In this document: in pieces, positions 11,201 through 19,522 of the stretch
How positions within the stretch are numbered: the first letter of the stretch is position 1
How the letters are laid out: each line of letters begins with the position of its first letter
DNA from: a virus
Direction: 5' to 3' (one strand)
IMG/VR virus record: IMGVR_UViG_3300030098_003519
Location: 25,494-89,493 of that record
Length of the DNA stretch: 64,000 bases
The notes under the pieces: model-generated
Database searches by the model: none
Seen by the model: the letters and a program-made list of their open reading frames with translations, nothing else
What the model was told of the DNA's origin: nothing
Translations under genes and position numbers: made by a program

Positions 11201-12801
11201 CCAGTAGTGCCGTCACAAGCTCCAATAATAGATGCTAAAGGATCTGTATTTGTTCCATCTGCACCCTCAAATATAATTGTTCCTACAGCATCACCGCTAT
11301 TAATACTTGTAGCAGATCCAACAGAAGTTCCTCTTGATTTTTGGAAAATTAAGTTAGAAGATGATGCATTAGCTGAGTTTCTTGCAATTATTACAGAAGA
11401 GGTTGCTGTGGATGTTCCTTCAACCTGTAATGGAGCAGCAAAACCATTACTTTCTACCCTTGCAGAAGTTGATCCAATTAATACTCTACCACTTGAGTCG
11501 ATGCGAACTTGAGTTGAGGTTCCATTATTTCCAGAGATTGATATACCACTTTTTCCTCTTATACCCAAATCACCTGCTGTCGAACCATTCATTAGGTTTC
11601 CAGCTGCTTGAATTCCCCAAATATAATGATCACCTAATGGAGTTTGCATCATCAATCCATTAGATCCTGATGCCTGAGTATGAATTAACGATTGAGGATC
11701 AGCAGTTCCGATACCAACTTTACCTGCATTAGTGATACGCATTTTCTCATCACTAGTACCATCGGTATTGAATACCATAAAGTTGTTATCACTATCATAA
11801 AAAATTCTACCTTTTGTAGCACCTGCACTATTCAAGAAAGCAAGAATATTATTACCAGTTGAAGTTCCACACTTTAATTTTAGTTCTGCATTATCAACAC
11901 CAGTGATAGTTAAATCACCATCATTTTCTAATTTTAATCTCTCAGTACCATTACAATGCCAATAATGATGTCCAGCAGTACCAACAAAATACTGAGCAGT
12001 CACTATACCTGCTGCAGAAGCACCATTTGCGAAATTTATTCCACCAAGAGTACCAGATGTTCTCGCAGAATGAATTGTTATATCAGAAGATGTATCAGAA
12101 AAAACTTCCAATTCAGTCTGTGGTGTGGTGGTATTGATACCAACCTCACCTGTTCCTTTAATGCGAAGTCTTTCTGTATTATTAGTTTTAATTGTTAGAG
12201 GATGATTTGAACTCTGATTCAATTCTACTGAATTTGCTCCAGCACCAGCAGTACTATTTGTTCCTTCTCTGCTTATCTGAAAATATCCACCTTCTGCAGC
12301 ACCTTGCTGTAAAATCACTCTTGAATAAGATGTATTTGTAGAGTTTCTTACATCTACACTTGGAATCGTAGTTCTTTTAACGAATAAACGTCCCTCTTCT
12401 AATGTTACATTACCAGCCTTTACATCAACATTACCACCATCAGCAACTGAAAATACCTCAGTGGTATTATCATATAAGTTTAATATATCTCCTGTACCTG
12501 TTTGAGTTATTATACCTGCTGGCAATGTACTAGCAGTTGATACTCTTAATAATTCTACATTGCGTAATGTTGTATTTAAAGTTGTATAATCTCCTTGTAC
12601 CGTGAAACTGCCACCAATAGTAACATTTCCATTAAAATCTGCACTCCCATTAACATCTAATTGTGTAAACGTACCAACACCTGCTGTAACATCACTACCA
12701 CTACCACCACGAAAAGGACCATCAAAAGCAGTTGCAGTTACTACACCTGCAATACTAAGACCTGGATCGAGAATATCACCAGCTACCTTTGTTAGTGCCA
12801 T
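8227..12801 (-). CDS. Tail fibre protein (1524 aa) with a distal carbohydrate-binding/LamG-like region
   Basis: MALTKV start, ERLRI/GIGT modules, IYDTRNDADGGAWRKK domain, and a C-terminal GDFAFYWWMNP...MELWVNG ConA/LamG-like pattern. Confidence 0.8.
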   Translation of the reverse strand: MALTKVAGDILDPGLSIAGVVTATAFDGPFRGGSGSDVTAGVGTFTQLDVNGSADFNGNVTIGGSFTVQGDYTTLNTTLRNVELLRVSTASTLPAGIITQTGTGDILNLYDNTTEVFSVADGGNVDVKAGNVTLEEGRLFVKRTTIPSVDVRNSTNTSYSRVILQQGAAEGGYFQISREGTNSTAGAGANSVELNQSSNHPLTIKTNNTERLRIKGTGEVGINTTTPQTELEVFSDTSSDITIHSARTSGTLGGINFANGASAAGIVTAQYFVGTAGHHYWHCNGTERLKLENDGDLTITGVDNAELKLKCGTSTGNNILAFLNSAGATKGRIFYDSDNNFMVFNTDGTSDEKMRITNAGKVGIGTADPQSLIHTQASGSNGLMMQTPLGDHYIWGIQAAGNLMNGSTAGDLGIRGKSGISISGNNGTSTQVRIDSSGRVLIGSTSARVESNGFAAPLQVEGTSTATSSVIIARNSANASSSNLIFQKSRGTSVGSATSINSGDAVGTIIFEGADGTNTDPLASIIGACDGTTGTNDVPGRLVFSTTADGAASPTERLRIDKDGHVTPGALGTQNFGSASKGWGNVYIADDKQLTLGNDSNLYIKHSNGHANNFIVSSVGDIEHHMALSKKIIKGFNNSGAPYVNLYYNNAIKLTTTGGGITVAGIATATAYDFSAISITSGKESPYDESGSGETIFIYDTRNDADGGAWRKKCRHTSWYNETAGTYRGTRKEFPAVAVIVLGQVRTTIYDGDDPTMPLWMQFRSSSEGYMLGCNDDRPSCVTALNGVIYIGAKNVYGGFHIIDFIKDTAKRVRASVTSNGTHGWWPTGIAGRNGTDDSGGLWTESGRGYDNTDLGTLKSDDVWSVAVKALRGAPIDPITNLPIPTIAVAVDAGISIIKPEWTMGLNRSNTPSNHVNDVSGHIVDINSNDNGYTQGYSVEWTDNDDLIFVMGDGNGDYCYIHTMDGHIKWDNAITIDTKTGGSGHNVRSMWRGLNSNSAIYSNLLSIGSDWSTTWNTHQHKVPQVTAKKGYEFAARTRGGLNHIYENPEGDNSMIAYTTKSYTTGWLVGKEKMCVMASTDDTNLSGTDLAPNNCASAGPGRTEANTTTGWTNAGFVQWGSSNTRAYNGSYSIHATANSNGDAAYFSFTTVVGKKYSVSARLWVTHDSFTIKLGTSGIDGNQYFESPPIGTVAQWQMFTGTFQATTTTAYFNLTESSTSQDSDGYIDSVIVTEADPDHTNTHGFSGAGSRNQGLNRGLQVYGTVTKQAVATGAELCSYSGWSSDNYLYQAYNPNLNHGSGDFAFYWWMNPNDSQGGKTIWSISDDETLSSGNDMSYLRVYFNGDDIRFDMSTAGFAYDPNQKGLLMHPQDMKSWMLCHIIRRGNTMELWVNGRRELVRIMNTGMWDNSPFTAYSELRIGHDTSTGAADSEIEMALFRSSRSAPNEHQIQKMYKDELPLFQENAKCTLIGTTNDHIEAMAYDKRNDILYVGAKGGRADFSGLVRINNNTTEVTRGVSASNDLVVEY

Positions 12802-12814
12802 ACTCTGTTACCTC

Positions 12815-13150
12815 TTAAGTAATTTCCATTATTGTCAAAGCAACATCAAGACTATTATTCACATCACTTTCTGCAGTTAATGTATCGTTTGTTTGTAATA
12901 CTACTTTGTTTCCTCCCATAAATTCAAATGCAGATCCTTGAGGAATTGGTATATTCTTCATAAGATTCACATCTTCACCAGATGCAGAAGGTCTTGTAAT
13001 TCCAAGTCCAACATTAATACTTGACCCAGAAACATTTGCCATTGTTACACCAATAACAACAGTTGCAGTGACAGGAGAAGTTGCAGTGTAGATACCGACT
13101 GTTGTTACACCTACATTTGCTTTCGTTTTTAATTTAAAGGTATTTGCCAT
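12815..13150 (-). CDS. Conserved small virion-associated protein (MANTFK family)
   Basis: 111 aa with IPQGSAFEFMGGNKVVLQTND. This family typically follows fibre genes ending in AMAIALG, as it does here. Confidence 0.7.
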   Translation of the reverse strand: MANTFKLKTKANVGVTTVGIYTATSPVTATVVIGVTMANVSGSSINVGLGITRPSASGEDVNLMKNIPIPQGSAFEFMGGNKVVLQTNDTLTAESDVNNSLDVALTIMEIT

Positions 13151-13153
13151 GTT

Positions 13154-16100
13154 TTATCCTAGAGCGATTGCCATTGCGACTGCTTCATCAAGTGCGGAAG
13201 TAAGAACACTAGTTCCATTAATTTGTACGTCTGTCTCACTATTTATTACACCAGAAGCAGTAGAGATTCCAGTGGTATAAGTACCATCATTAGTAGTACG
13301 GATTTTTTCATTTCCATTATAATATAATTTAACATCTTGACCATTAATAGCTTGAAGATATCCTTTATTACCAGTAACACTCTTTAGTTCAATAATATTT
13401 GATTTTATAGTTAAATGACCATAAGTATCTTCAAACCTTGAAGAAGATCCATCATGGAATAACTTTATGTCGTCATTATTTCCAAGGTTTAACGAAATAC
13501 CATCAAGAAACTTAAATGCACCAGCAGACTGATCCCAGAATGCAGATGTAATACCAGCAGTTTGACCAACAAATTCTACATCATTATTAAATGTAGATAT
13601 ACCAGTTACAGAAAGACTTCCAATACCAGCATTTGAAGCAACAGTAAGATCATTTGCGATAGTTACATCATTAGGAAGACCAACTGTAAGTGTTTGACCA
13701 GATGCAGAAGTTTCTATTTCATTAGATGTTCCTGCAATAGTTAATGATTGACTATCAAGATCAACAGCACCAGTTCCACTATCACCAGCAAAATCTAAAT
13801 CTTGTGCTGTTACAGTAGTATCAACATATGCTTTGATAGATTGCTGAGTGGCCAGTGCTGTTGCACTGTCTGATGCCATATTATCTTCATCAAGTATGGT
13901 ATTAATACCAACTAATGTCTGACCACTAACACCTACATTAAGAGTTGCAACTGTAGTAATACCAGTAACATTCAATCTAGCACTAGTTGTAATACCAGTA
14001 ACATTCAATCTAGCACTAGTTGTAATACCAGTGACATATGCATCATTGTCTATATGAATAGATCCACCAATACCAACTCCTCTTTGAAGAGTTTCAAATT
14101 TTTTCGATGCTGCATAATATAAATCTACTGAACCATCATTGATGAAATTGGCCATATAGCCACCACCATATTTCTCAAGAAGAATGCCTGATGCTCCTCT
14201 TAATACTAAATTACCTGTACCAGTATCATCAATTCTACTATGCCCACCTGCATTATCATGCCATATTTGTAAATCATCCGAATCTCCTAATAATATCTTT
14301 TTACCATCAACAATAGTAACATCATCACTAAATGTAGAAATACCAGAGACTTGTACAGTACCACGAACATCTAATGTCGTTGTTGGTGTTGTACTATTGA
14401 TACCAACATTACCAGTGCCATCTACTATAGTAAATCTTTCATCACCACCAGATGAAGTTCCATCTTTTATTGTGAAATTATTAGTACCATATGAACCAAC
14501 CAACCATCTTTGAGTTCCACCACTTGATAATTTAAGTCCATAATATCCACTACTTCCAGAGTCTGCTTCAAACCAAGCACCAGCAGTCGTAGTTCTTACT
14601 TGAATTATTGCATTGTTAGATGTCTTATAAACGTCTAACAATTCTCCTGGATTCTCAGTTCCGATACCAACTTTACCATCTGATTTGATGCGAAGTCTTT
14701 CATTAGTTGTTATATCTGTTCCATTGGTATGGAACGACATATAATCACCAGTATTATCATATTTTATTAATCCCCTTCTTGGATCATCACTATCACCAAA
14801 AACAATTCCTGTATGTCCAGTAGTATTTCCTGTAACTCTAATTGATAAATTACAATCAGTTGCTCTTCCGATACGGAATCTCTGATTGTCATCATATCCA
14901 GTGTCATCAATAGCAGTTCCCGTCTCAATAATACCATCCTGTTTAATACGAAGCCTCTCTATCATGGTTCCTGCTTCTGCAGTAAAGAGACGCATTGATG
15001 CATTATCTTTATTCGTTGTATCATTGCCAGCAGCAACAACTATTCTTGCTACACCAGTTCCATTCCAGTGTCCTCGAAACTCCGCTAAATGTTCTCCTTC
15101 AACACCTCTGTTAGCATCTCCAATGAAACGTCCTGAAGAGGCATCATCAGTTGCTTTAAGTAATATTGATGGGTTTGTAGTGCCTATACCTGTTATTATT
15201 TCACTTGGATTATCAGTACCAATCCCCAATTTACCATCTGATGTGATGCGAACTTTTTCATCAGTTCCTTGAGTTCTAAAAATAATACCACCACTTCCAC
15301 TTGCACCACGATCCCCACTAATATAAAGTGAATGACCACTTTGAGATATATCACTATATTGAGCAGTATCTGAATCAGTAAAACGAATAGTTGGAACTGG
15401 AGTGTTTATATGAAGATCCGAGGCAGGATTAGCAGTTCCTATACCTATATTTTGATTTTCATCTATAGTAATTGCTACAGATCCACCTGTAGTAAATCTT
15501 ATATTATCAGCAGCAGGTCTATCAATATAAGTATTCGGATCATCCGCAAAACCTAATTGCTTTCCAGCAGCAACCTGAATGTGCTCAGAAGATGTCCATG
15601 CATCTGTGGCATCTACCCAATTTAATGTCTTATCTCCGTCTCCACTATCAATTGTAATACCTGCTCCGTCTGCAGCTGCATCATTCGCAGCACCCTTGGC
15701 AATTTCAATGTTCTTATCCGTCACCGTCATGGTGGCAGAATTTACCGTAGTCTGGGTTCCATCGACTTGGAGATTTCCTTTAACAACAAGTAATCCAGTA
15801 TTGTCACCTACAGTTGCAGGATCGATATACATGGTTGCAGGGCCTTTAATCAGTCCTGTACTAATACCAACAGAACCTAATGTAGTAATACCAGAAACTA
15901 CTAATCCACCAGTTATATTGAGATTTGAATTAGCATCAAAAGTTAAATTACCACTATCTTCAAGAGCACCAGAAGTACCAGCAAGTACAACTCTATTATC
16001 TGTTAGATCTGAAATCTTAGCAGAAGCAGCAGTAAGATCCGTACCATCAAATGTTAAATTACCACTATCTTGTAACTCTCCTCCTGTTCCAGCATATGTT

Positions 16101-17236
16101 ACACGACCAGCAGTTAAATCTTCTACCTTAAATGTATTTGCCTGACCACCACCATTAATATCAACTAATTGAGTAAATGTCGATAAACCTGCTACAGATA
16201 AATTAGCACCAGCACGAACATCATCTGTCAGTGTTGATATGCCAGTAACATATAAATCATTGTCTATATGAATAGATCCACCAATACCAACTCCTCTTTC
16301 AAGAGTTTCTAATCTCTTAACGTTTGAATGATATAATTCAACATTCGTTGCATTAGCACCAGATGTATTAGCAGTAATAAGAGTTTGTGTATCACCAACA
16401 TTTTTTACTTGAAATCCACCAAGTATTTTTAATCTTCCTACACCTGCATCTTTTATAATGCTGTCGGCTCCATCATGCGATATTTGGAGATCTCTTGTAT
16501 TTCCAAATGTTAACAGTACATTATCTTTCAACTCTAATCTATTATTAGACTTATCCCAGAAAGCAGATGCAATACCAGAAACACCATGAAACTCTACATC
16601 ATCTTTAAATGTAGCAATACCAGTGACATGTAAACTACTAAATGTACCAATACCAGTAACAGGTTTAACACCTATACCACCAGTATAACGATATCCTACA
16701 AGATATACATTAGTGGTTGTAATACCAGCAGGAAGATTAGTATCATTAAAATTCAGAACACCTGAAGAATAATCAAAGAACCATGCATCACTACTTGTAC
16801 CAGCTTGAGGTATTTCATTACTAGAATTTGTTGCAGCTCCTACAAATACCCTAACTGCATAATCTGCACCAAATTGAGAATCTATCCAATTTCCATCAAT
16901 AGATGCTGTTTGATTACCATGAGTAGATCTTGCAACAAAAGAACGATATAAACTACTTCCCGATGCAGTAGCATCATGAGTTAACTGATAAGCACTACCA
17001 GTTGTATTAACTCCTACAGGAAAAGTACTTGTAGTTGGTGGTGTAGAAGGTATAAGACTACTATCTGCCCATACACTTGTACTAGGTACTACTAATGGAG
17101 ATGGTATAGCCTCACCAAAAGGTTGTTTAGATGTACCACTAACAGCACCAGTTCCTGATACAGAACCTGTTTTGGATGCCGTATAACCGATTTTCTTTAA
17201 TAGAAAATCAACCTTTTGTTCAGTAGATGCTGCCAC
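13154..17236 (-). CDS. Tail fibre protein (1360 aa, GTG start)
   Basis: GNLQVDGTQTTVNS, ERLRI/GIGT modules, repeated TGITT/SGIST segments, C-terminal AVAMAIALG. Confidence 0.8.
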   Translation of the reverse strand: MAASTEQKVDFLLKKIGYTASKTGSVSGTGAVSGTSKQPFGEAIPSPLVVPSTSVWADSSLIPSTPPTTSTFPVGVNTTGSAYQLTHDATASGSSLYRSFVARSTHGNQTASIDGNWIDSQFGADYAVRVFVGAATNSSNEIPQAGTSSDAWFFDYSSGVLNFNDTNLPAGITTTNVYLVGYRYTGGIGVKPVTGIGTFSSLHVTGIATFKDDVEFHGVSGIASAFWDKSNNRLELKDNVLLTFGNTRDLQISHDGADSIIKDAGVGRLKILGGFQVKNVGDTQTLITANTSGANATNVELYHSNVKRLETLERGVGIGGSIHIDNDLYVTGISTLTDDVRAGANLSVAGLSTFTQLVDINGGGQANTFKVEDLTAGRVTYAGTGGELQDSGNLTFDGTDLTAASAKISDLTDNRVVLAGTSGALEDSGNLTFDANSNLNITGGLVVSGITTLGSVGISTGLIKGPATMYIDPATVGDNTGLLVVKGNLQVDGTQTTVNSATMTVTDKNIEIAKGAANDAAADGAGITIDSGDGDKTLNWVDATDAWTSSEHIQVAAGKQLGFADDPNTYIDRPAADNIRFTTGGSVAITIDENQNIGIGTANPASDLHINTPVPTIRFTDSDTAQYSDISQSGHSLYISGDRGASGSGGIIFRTQGTDEKVRITSDGKLGIGTDNPSEIITGIGTTNPSILLKATDDASSGRFIGDANRGVEGEHLAEFRGHWNGTGVARIVVAAGNDTTNKDNASMRLFTAEAGTMIERLRIKQDGIIETGTAIDDTGYDDNQRFRIGRATDCNLSIRVTGNTTGHTGIVFGDSDDPRRGLIKYDNTGDYMSFHTNGTDITTNERLRIKSDGKVGIGTENPGELLDVYKTSNNAIIQVRTTTAGAWFEADSGSSGYYGLKLSSGGTQRWLVGSYGTNNFTIKDGTSSGGDERFTIVDGTGNVGINSTTPTTTLDVRGTVQVSGISTFSDDVTIVDGKKILLGDSDDLQIWHDNAGGHSRIDDTGTGNLVLRGASGILLEKYGGGYMANFINDGSVDLYYAASKKFETLQRGVGIGGSIHIDNDAYVTGITTSARLNVTGITTSARLNVTGITTVATLNVGVSGQTLVGINTILDEDNMASDSATALATQQSIKAYVDTTVTAQDLDFAGDSGTGAVDLDSQSLTIAGTSNEIETSASGQTLTVGLPNDVTIANDLTVASNAGIGSLSVTGISTFNNDVEFVGQTAGITSAFWDQSAGAFKFLDGISLNLGNNDDIKLFHDGSSSRFEDTYGHLTIKSNIIELKSVTGNKGYLQAINGQDVKLYYNGNEKIRTTNDGTYTTGISTASGVINSETDVQINGTSVLTSALDEAVAMAIALG
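13956..14032. repeat. Perfect 33-bp tandem duplication (2.3 copies; encodes VTGITTSARLN twice)
   Basis: gtaataccagtaacattcaatctagcactagtt at 13956 and 13989, then a partial third copy. Confidence 0.95.
14042..16309. repeat. 54-bp direct repeat pair (14042-14095 and 16256-16309) with 1 mismatch
   Basis: atcattgtctatatgaatagatccaccaataccaactcctcttt[g/c]aagagtttc; both copies encode ETL[Q/E]RGVGIGGSIHIDND. Confidence 0.9.
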
Positions 17237-17254
17237 TTAAATACCTCTCCTACC

Positions 17255-19210
17255 TTATGTATCTGCGAATGAAATATCACTAATTGACTGTCCAGAAGTC
17301 AATTTAAATCTAACTAAAATAACGTTATCACTAGCATTTGATGATGATTCCGTTCCAAATACACAAGTAAATGTGCCACCATTATTATCCATAACACCAC
17401 CAGATGAACATCCAGGAAAATCATTTCTAGGAACACCAGCATTTGGTGCTGCTGCAAACATATCTGCCCAACCATTAGTATTATTCAATCCTGTAGTCCA
17501 TGTAGAATTGTTTGGCATACATACCCAACATCCTGCACAAGAACCAGTATATGATATTGTAAACTCTGAAATACTTGCCTGAGTAAATTTAACTTGGAAA
17601 TACTGATTACCAGTTCTACCAGATGAGAAATCTGGGCCAACTGGAAAATATCCAGTAGAATAATTAGTCACATCATGTCTTAAATCTCCACCTCTCACAA
17701 TCGCTTCATATACCGCAGGTGTTGCACTAGCATTCCATGCAGTCTGTACAGGGGTTGGAGTATCTCCAGTTGCTCCTGCATTGACTCTTGTAGCGGAACC
17801 ATTAGTCAAACTACCAACAGTACACTCTATTGCATCTTCATCAACATTATTAGTCCAATCTGCAGAAGTACCCATAATATTTACGGATCCACTCAATGTT
17901 GCTCTTTCATTTTGATCGGTTCCATATGGAGTCCAACAATCCCATCTATGGAAATGATTAGAAGAGATAGTTGCATGAACATTATTTGGAGTATGAGTTG
18001 CTAAACATGTCACCGCAGTTCCAACACCAAAATTTTGTGTTGGTGGATGAGTTCCTGCTGTTGAACCTGCACCAATAAATTCATTAAATGTTTTATGTTG
18101 ATCAGGTCTTGTAAATCCAGTAGTAGCATTCTCTGCCCAAAGAAGTCTATTATTAGTGCTGTAATAAAAATGTCCAGTGGCATTCAATACAGAAATAACA
18201 TATGTAAATGCATTATCAGTTGATTGAGTGTAATGTGGAACACCTGAAGAATAAGCAACGGCATGTTCACCTGTTGTTGGTGTTCTAACCGCACTAAAGG
18301 TCATGTCAGGAGCACCTGGATAATTATCCTCCTCATAGAAAAATTCAGTACCACTTCGATAAGCACCCCATGTGAAATAACAAGAATTAAATCCTACTGG
18401 TGCTGCAGCATCTAATATACGAACATCTAATACTTCATAGAAATTAGATGCAATTCCTGCCACATCAGCATAATCCTGTTCATTTGCTACTTGCAAACCA
18501 AGAGTAGATGATATTCCTGATGGATTATAGATTCCATTATCAGTTCCAGCATCATATAATCCAAATGATACTTTTAATGCTGTGCTTCCTATACTTGTAT
18601 TATTAACATATCCAGTAAGAGTTCCAGAATCTGCTGGCCCTTTTTGAGTTATATAATCAGTCGTTACAGTATTATCTAAATTTAACCAATATGCTGTTCC
18701 TGCAGATGGTGCAGTTGCTGCTGGAGTATTATTAACAGGTGTAAATCCTTGACAAAGAGGTCTTTTAGCAACAGATGAATTTGCTGGATGATAAATCGTA
18801 TCATCATCAATAGTTACAGCAACACCACTAATAGTAGGTGGTGCTGTTGGTACTAATTTACCTAAAATATAATTTATTTCTTCCACCTGATCCTTTGTTT
18901 TGTCTCCTATAGTTGGTGATGCCATTGCTCCTGATCTGAAATTTCCCACAGTAGGAGTTCCAACGATTTGATCACCATGATAAGTTGTTGCAGTAACAAC
19001 ACCAGAATATCTAAGAGTTCCTCCACCATAATCTTCAATCCAAGGTGTGAGAAGTGCAACAGTAGTCCCTATACCAACACCACCTGTATCTCTCTCTGCG
19101 AACAGGTGTCCATCGTAAAAATTAAATGCTAATTCGCCTAACTCTAGATCTGCAAGTGCTGGTCTCTTATTTGAGACAGCAGATCTTTTCAGCCTATAGG
19201 GGGTTGCCAT
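17255..19210 (-). CDS. Virion structural/fibre protein (651 aa)
   Basis: N-terminal RLKRSAV..KRP...DLELGELAFN..DG.LF, a fibre-anchoring motif of the T4 gp34/Mtd-N type. The body is Ser/Thr/Gly-rich. Confidence 0.7.
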   Translation of the reverse strand: MATPYRLKRSAVSNKRPALADLELGELAFNFYDGHLFAERDTGGVGIGTTVALLTPWIEDYGGGTLRYSGVVTATTYHGDQIVGTPTVGNFRSGAMASPTIGDKTKDQVEEINYILGKLVPTAPPTISGVAVTIDDDTIYHPANSSVAKRPLCQGFTPVNNTPAATAPSAGTAYWLNLDNTVTTDYITQKGPADSGTLTGYVNNTSIGSTALKVSFGLYDAGTDNGIYNPSGISSTLGLQVANEQDYADVAGIASNFYEVLDVRILDAAAPVGFNSCYFTWGAYRSGTEFFYEEDNYPGAPDMTFSAVRTPTTGEHAVAYSSGVPHYTQSTDNAFTYVISVLNATGHFYYSTNNRLLWAENATTGFTRPDQHKTFNEFIGAGSTAGTHPPTQNFGVGTAVTCLATHTPNNVHATISSNHFHRWDCWTPYGTDQNERATLSGSVNIMGTSADWTNNVDEDAIECTVGSLTNGSATRVNAGATGDTPTPVQTAWNASATPAVYEAIVRGGDLRHDVTNYSTGYFPVGPDFSSGRTGNQYFQVKFTQASISEFTISYTGSCAGCWVCMPNNSTWTTGLNNTNGWADMFAAAPNAGVPRNDFPGCSSGGVMDNNGGTFTCVFGTESSSNASDNVILVRFKLTSGQSISDISFADT

Positions 19211-19231
19211 CTATGATAATCGGTATGTACC

Positions 19232-19259
19232 AAAAAAGGAGACTATGTAGTCTCCTTTT
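19232..19259 (-). terminator. Rho-independent terminator (symmetrical hairpin)
   Basis: aaaaggagacta-tg-tagtctcctttt. On the minus strand it is followed by a T6 tract, downstream of 19265..19462. Confidence 0.8.
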
Positions 19260-19265
19260 ATTTAT
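19259..19265 (-). promoter_or_regulatory. Late promoter ATAAATA for the 17255..19210 operon
   Basis: GATAAATA overlapping the TGA of 19265..19462 and abutting the terminator. Confidence 0.6.
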
Positions 19266-19462
19266 CATGGTTCTACATTGTCCTCTGTAAGTATTGGTGG
19301 AGTACCTTCTGGAGTACACATTGCCAATCCTTCAATAGCACCTTGTACTTTCAAATACTGTTCCTTTTTAGCATTAAATTTACCTTCCAGTTCAATAAGT
19401 ACTGTTCTTAATTCCTTCTCTTGTCTTTGTAAATCTTCAAGAAGTGCCTCTGGTTGCATCAT
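19265..19462 (-). CDS. Small coiled-coil hypothetical protein (65 aa)
   Basis: Heptad-like sequence LLEDLQRQEKELRTVLIELEGKFNAKKEQYLKVQGAIEGL, with its own late promoter and terminator. Confidence 0.7.
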   Translation of the reverse strand: MMQPEALLEDLQRQEKELRTVLIELEGKFNAKKEQYLKVQGAIEGLAMCTPEGTPPILTEDNVEP

Positions 19463-19486
19463 GGGTTATAGTTATCTAATGATTTC

Positions 19487-19506
19487 TATTTATCATACAC
19501 TAAATA
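19487..19506. promoter_or_regulatory. Divergent late promoters: ATAAATA (minus, 19487-19493) and CTAAATA (plus, 19500-19506)
   Basis: Both lie in the 60-bp gap between divergent genes. Confidence 0.6.
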
Positions 19507-19522
19507 GTAAAAAAAGTCAATC

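Noticed and set aside
1-17236. Diversity-generating retroelement or invertible shufflon acting on the fibre genes
   Set aside because: No reverse transcriptase or recombinase is in the window, no adenine-specific TR/VR pair was seen, and the repeats are all direct and inside ORFs.
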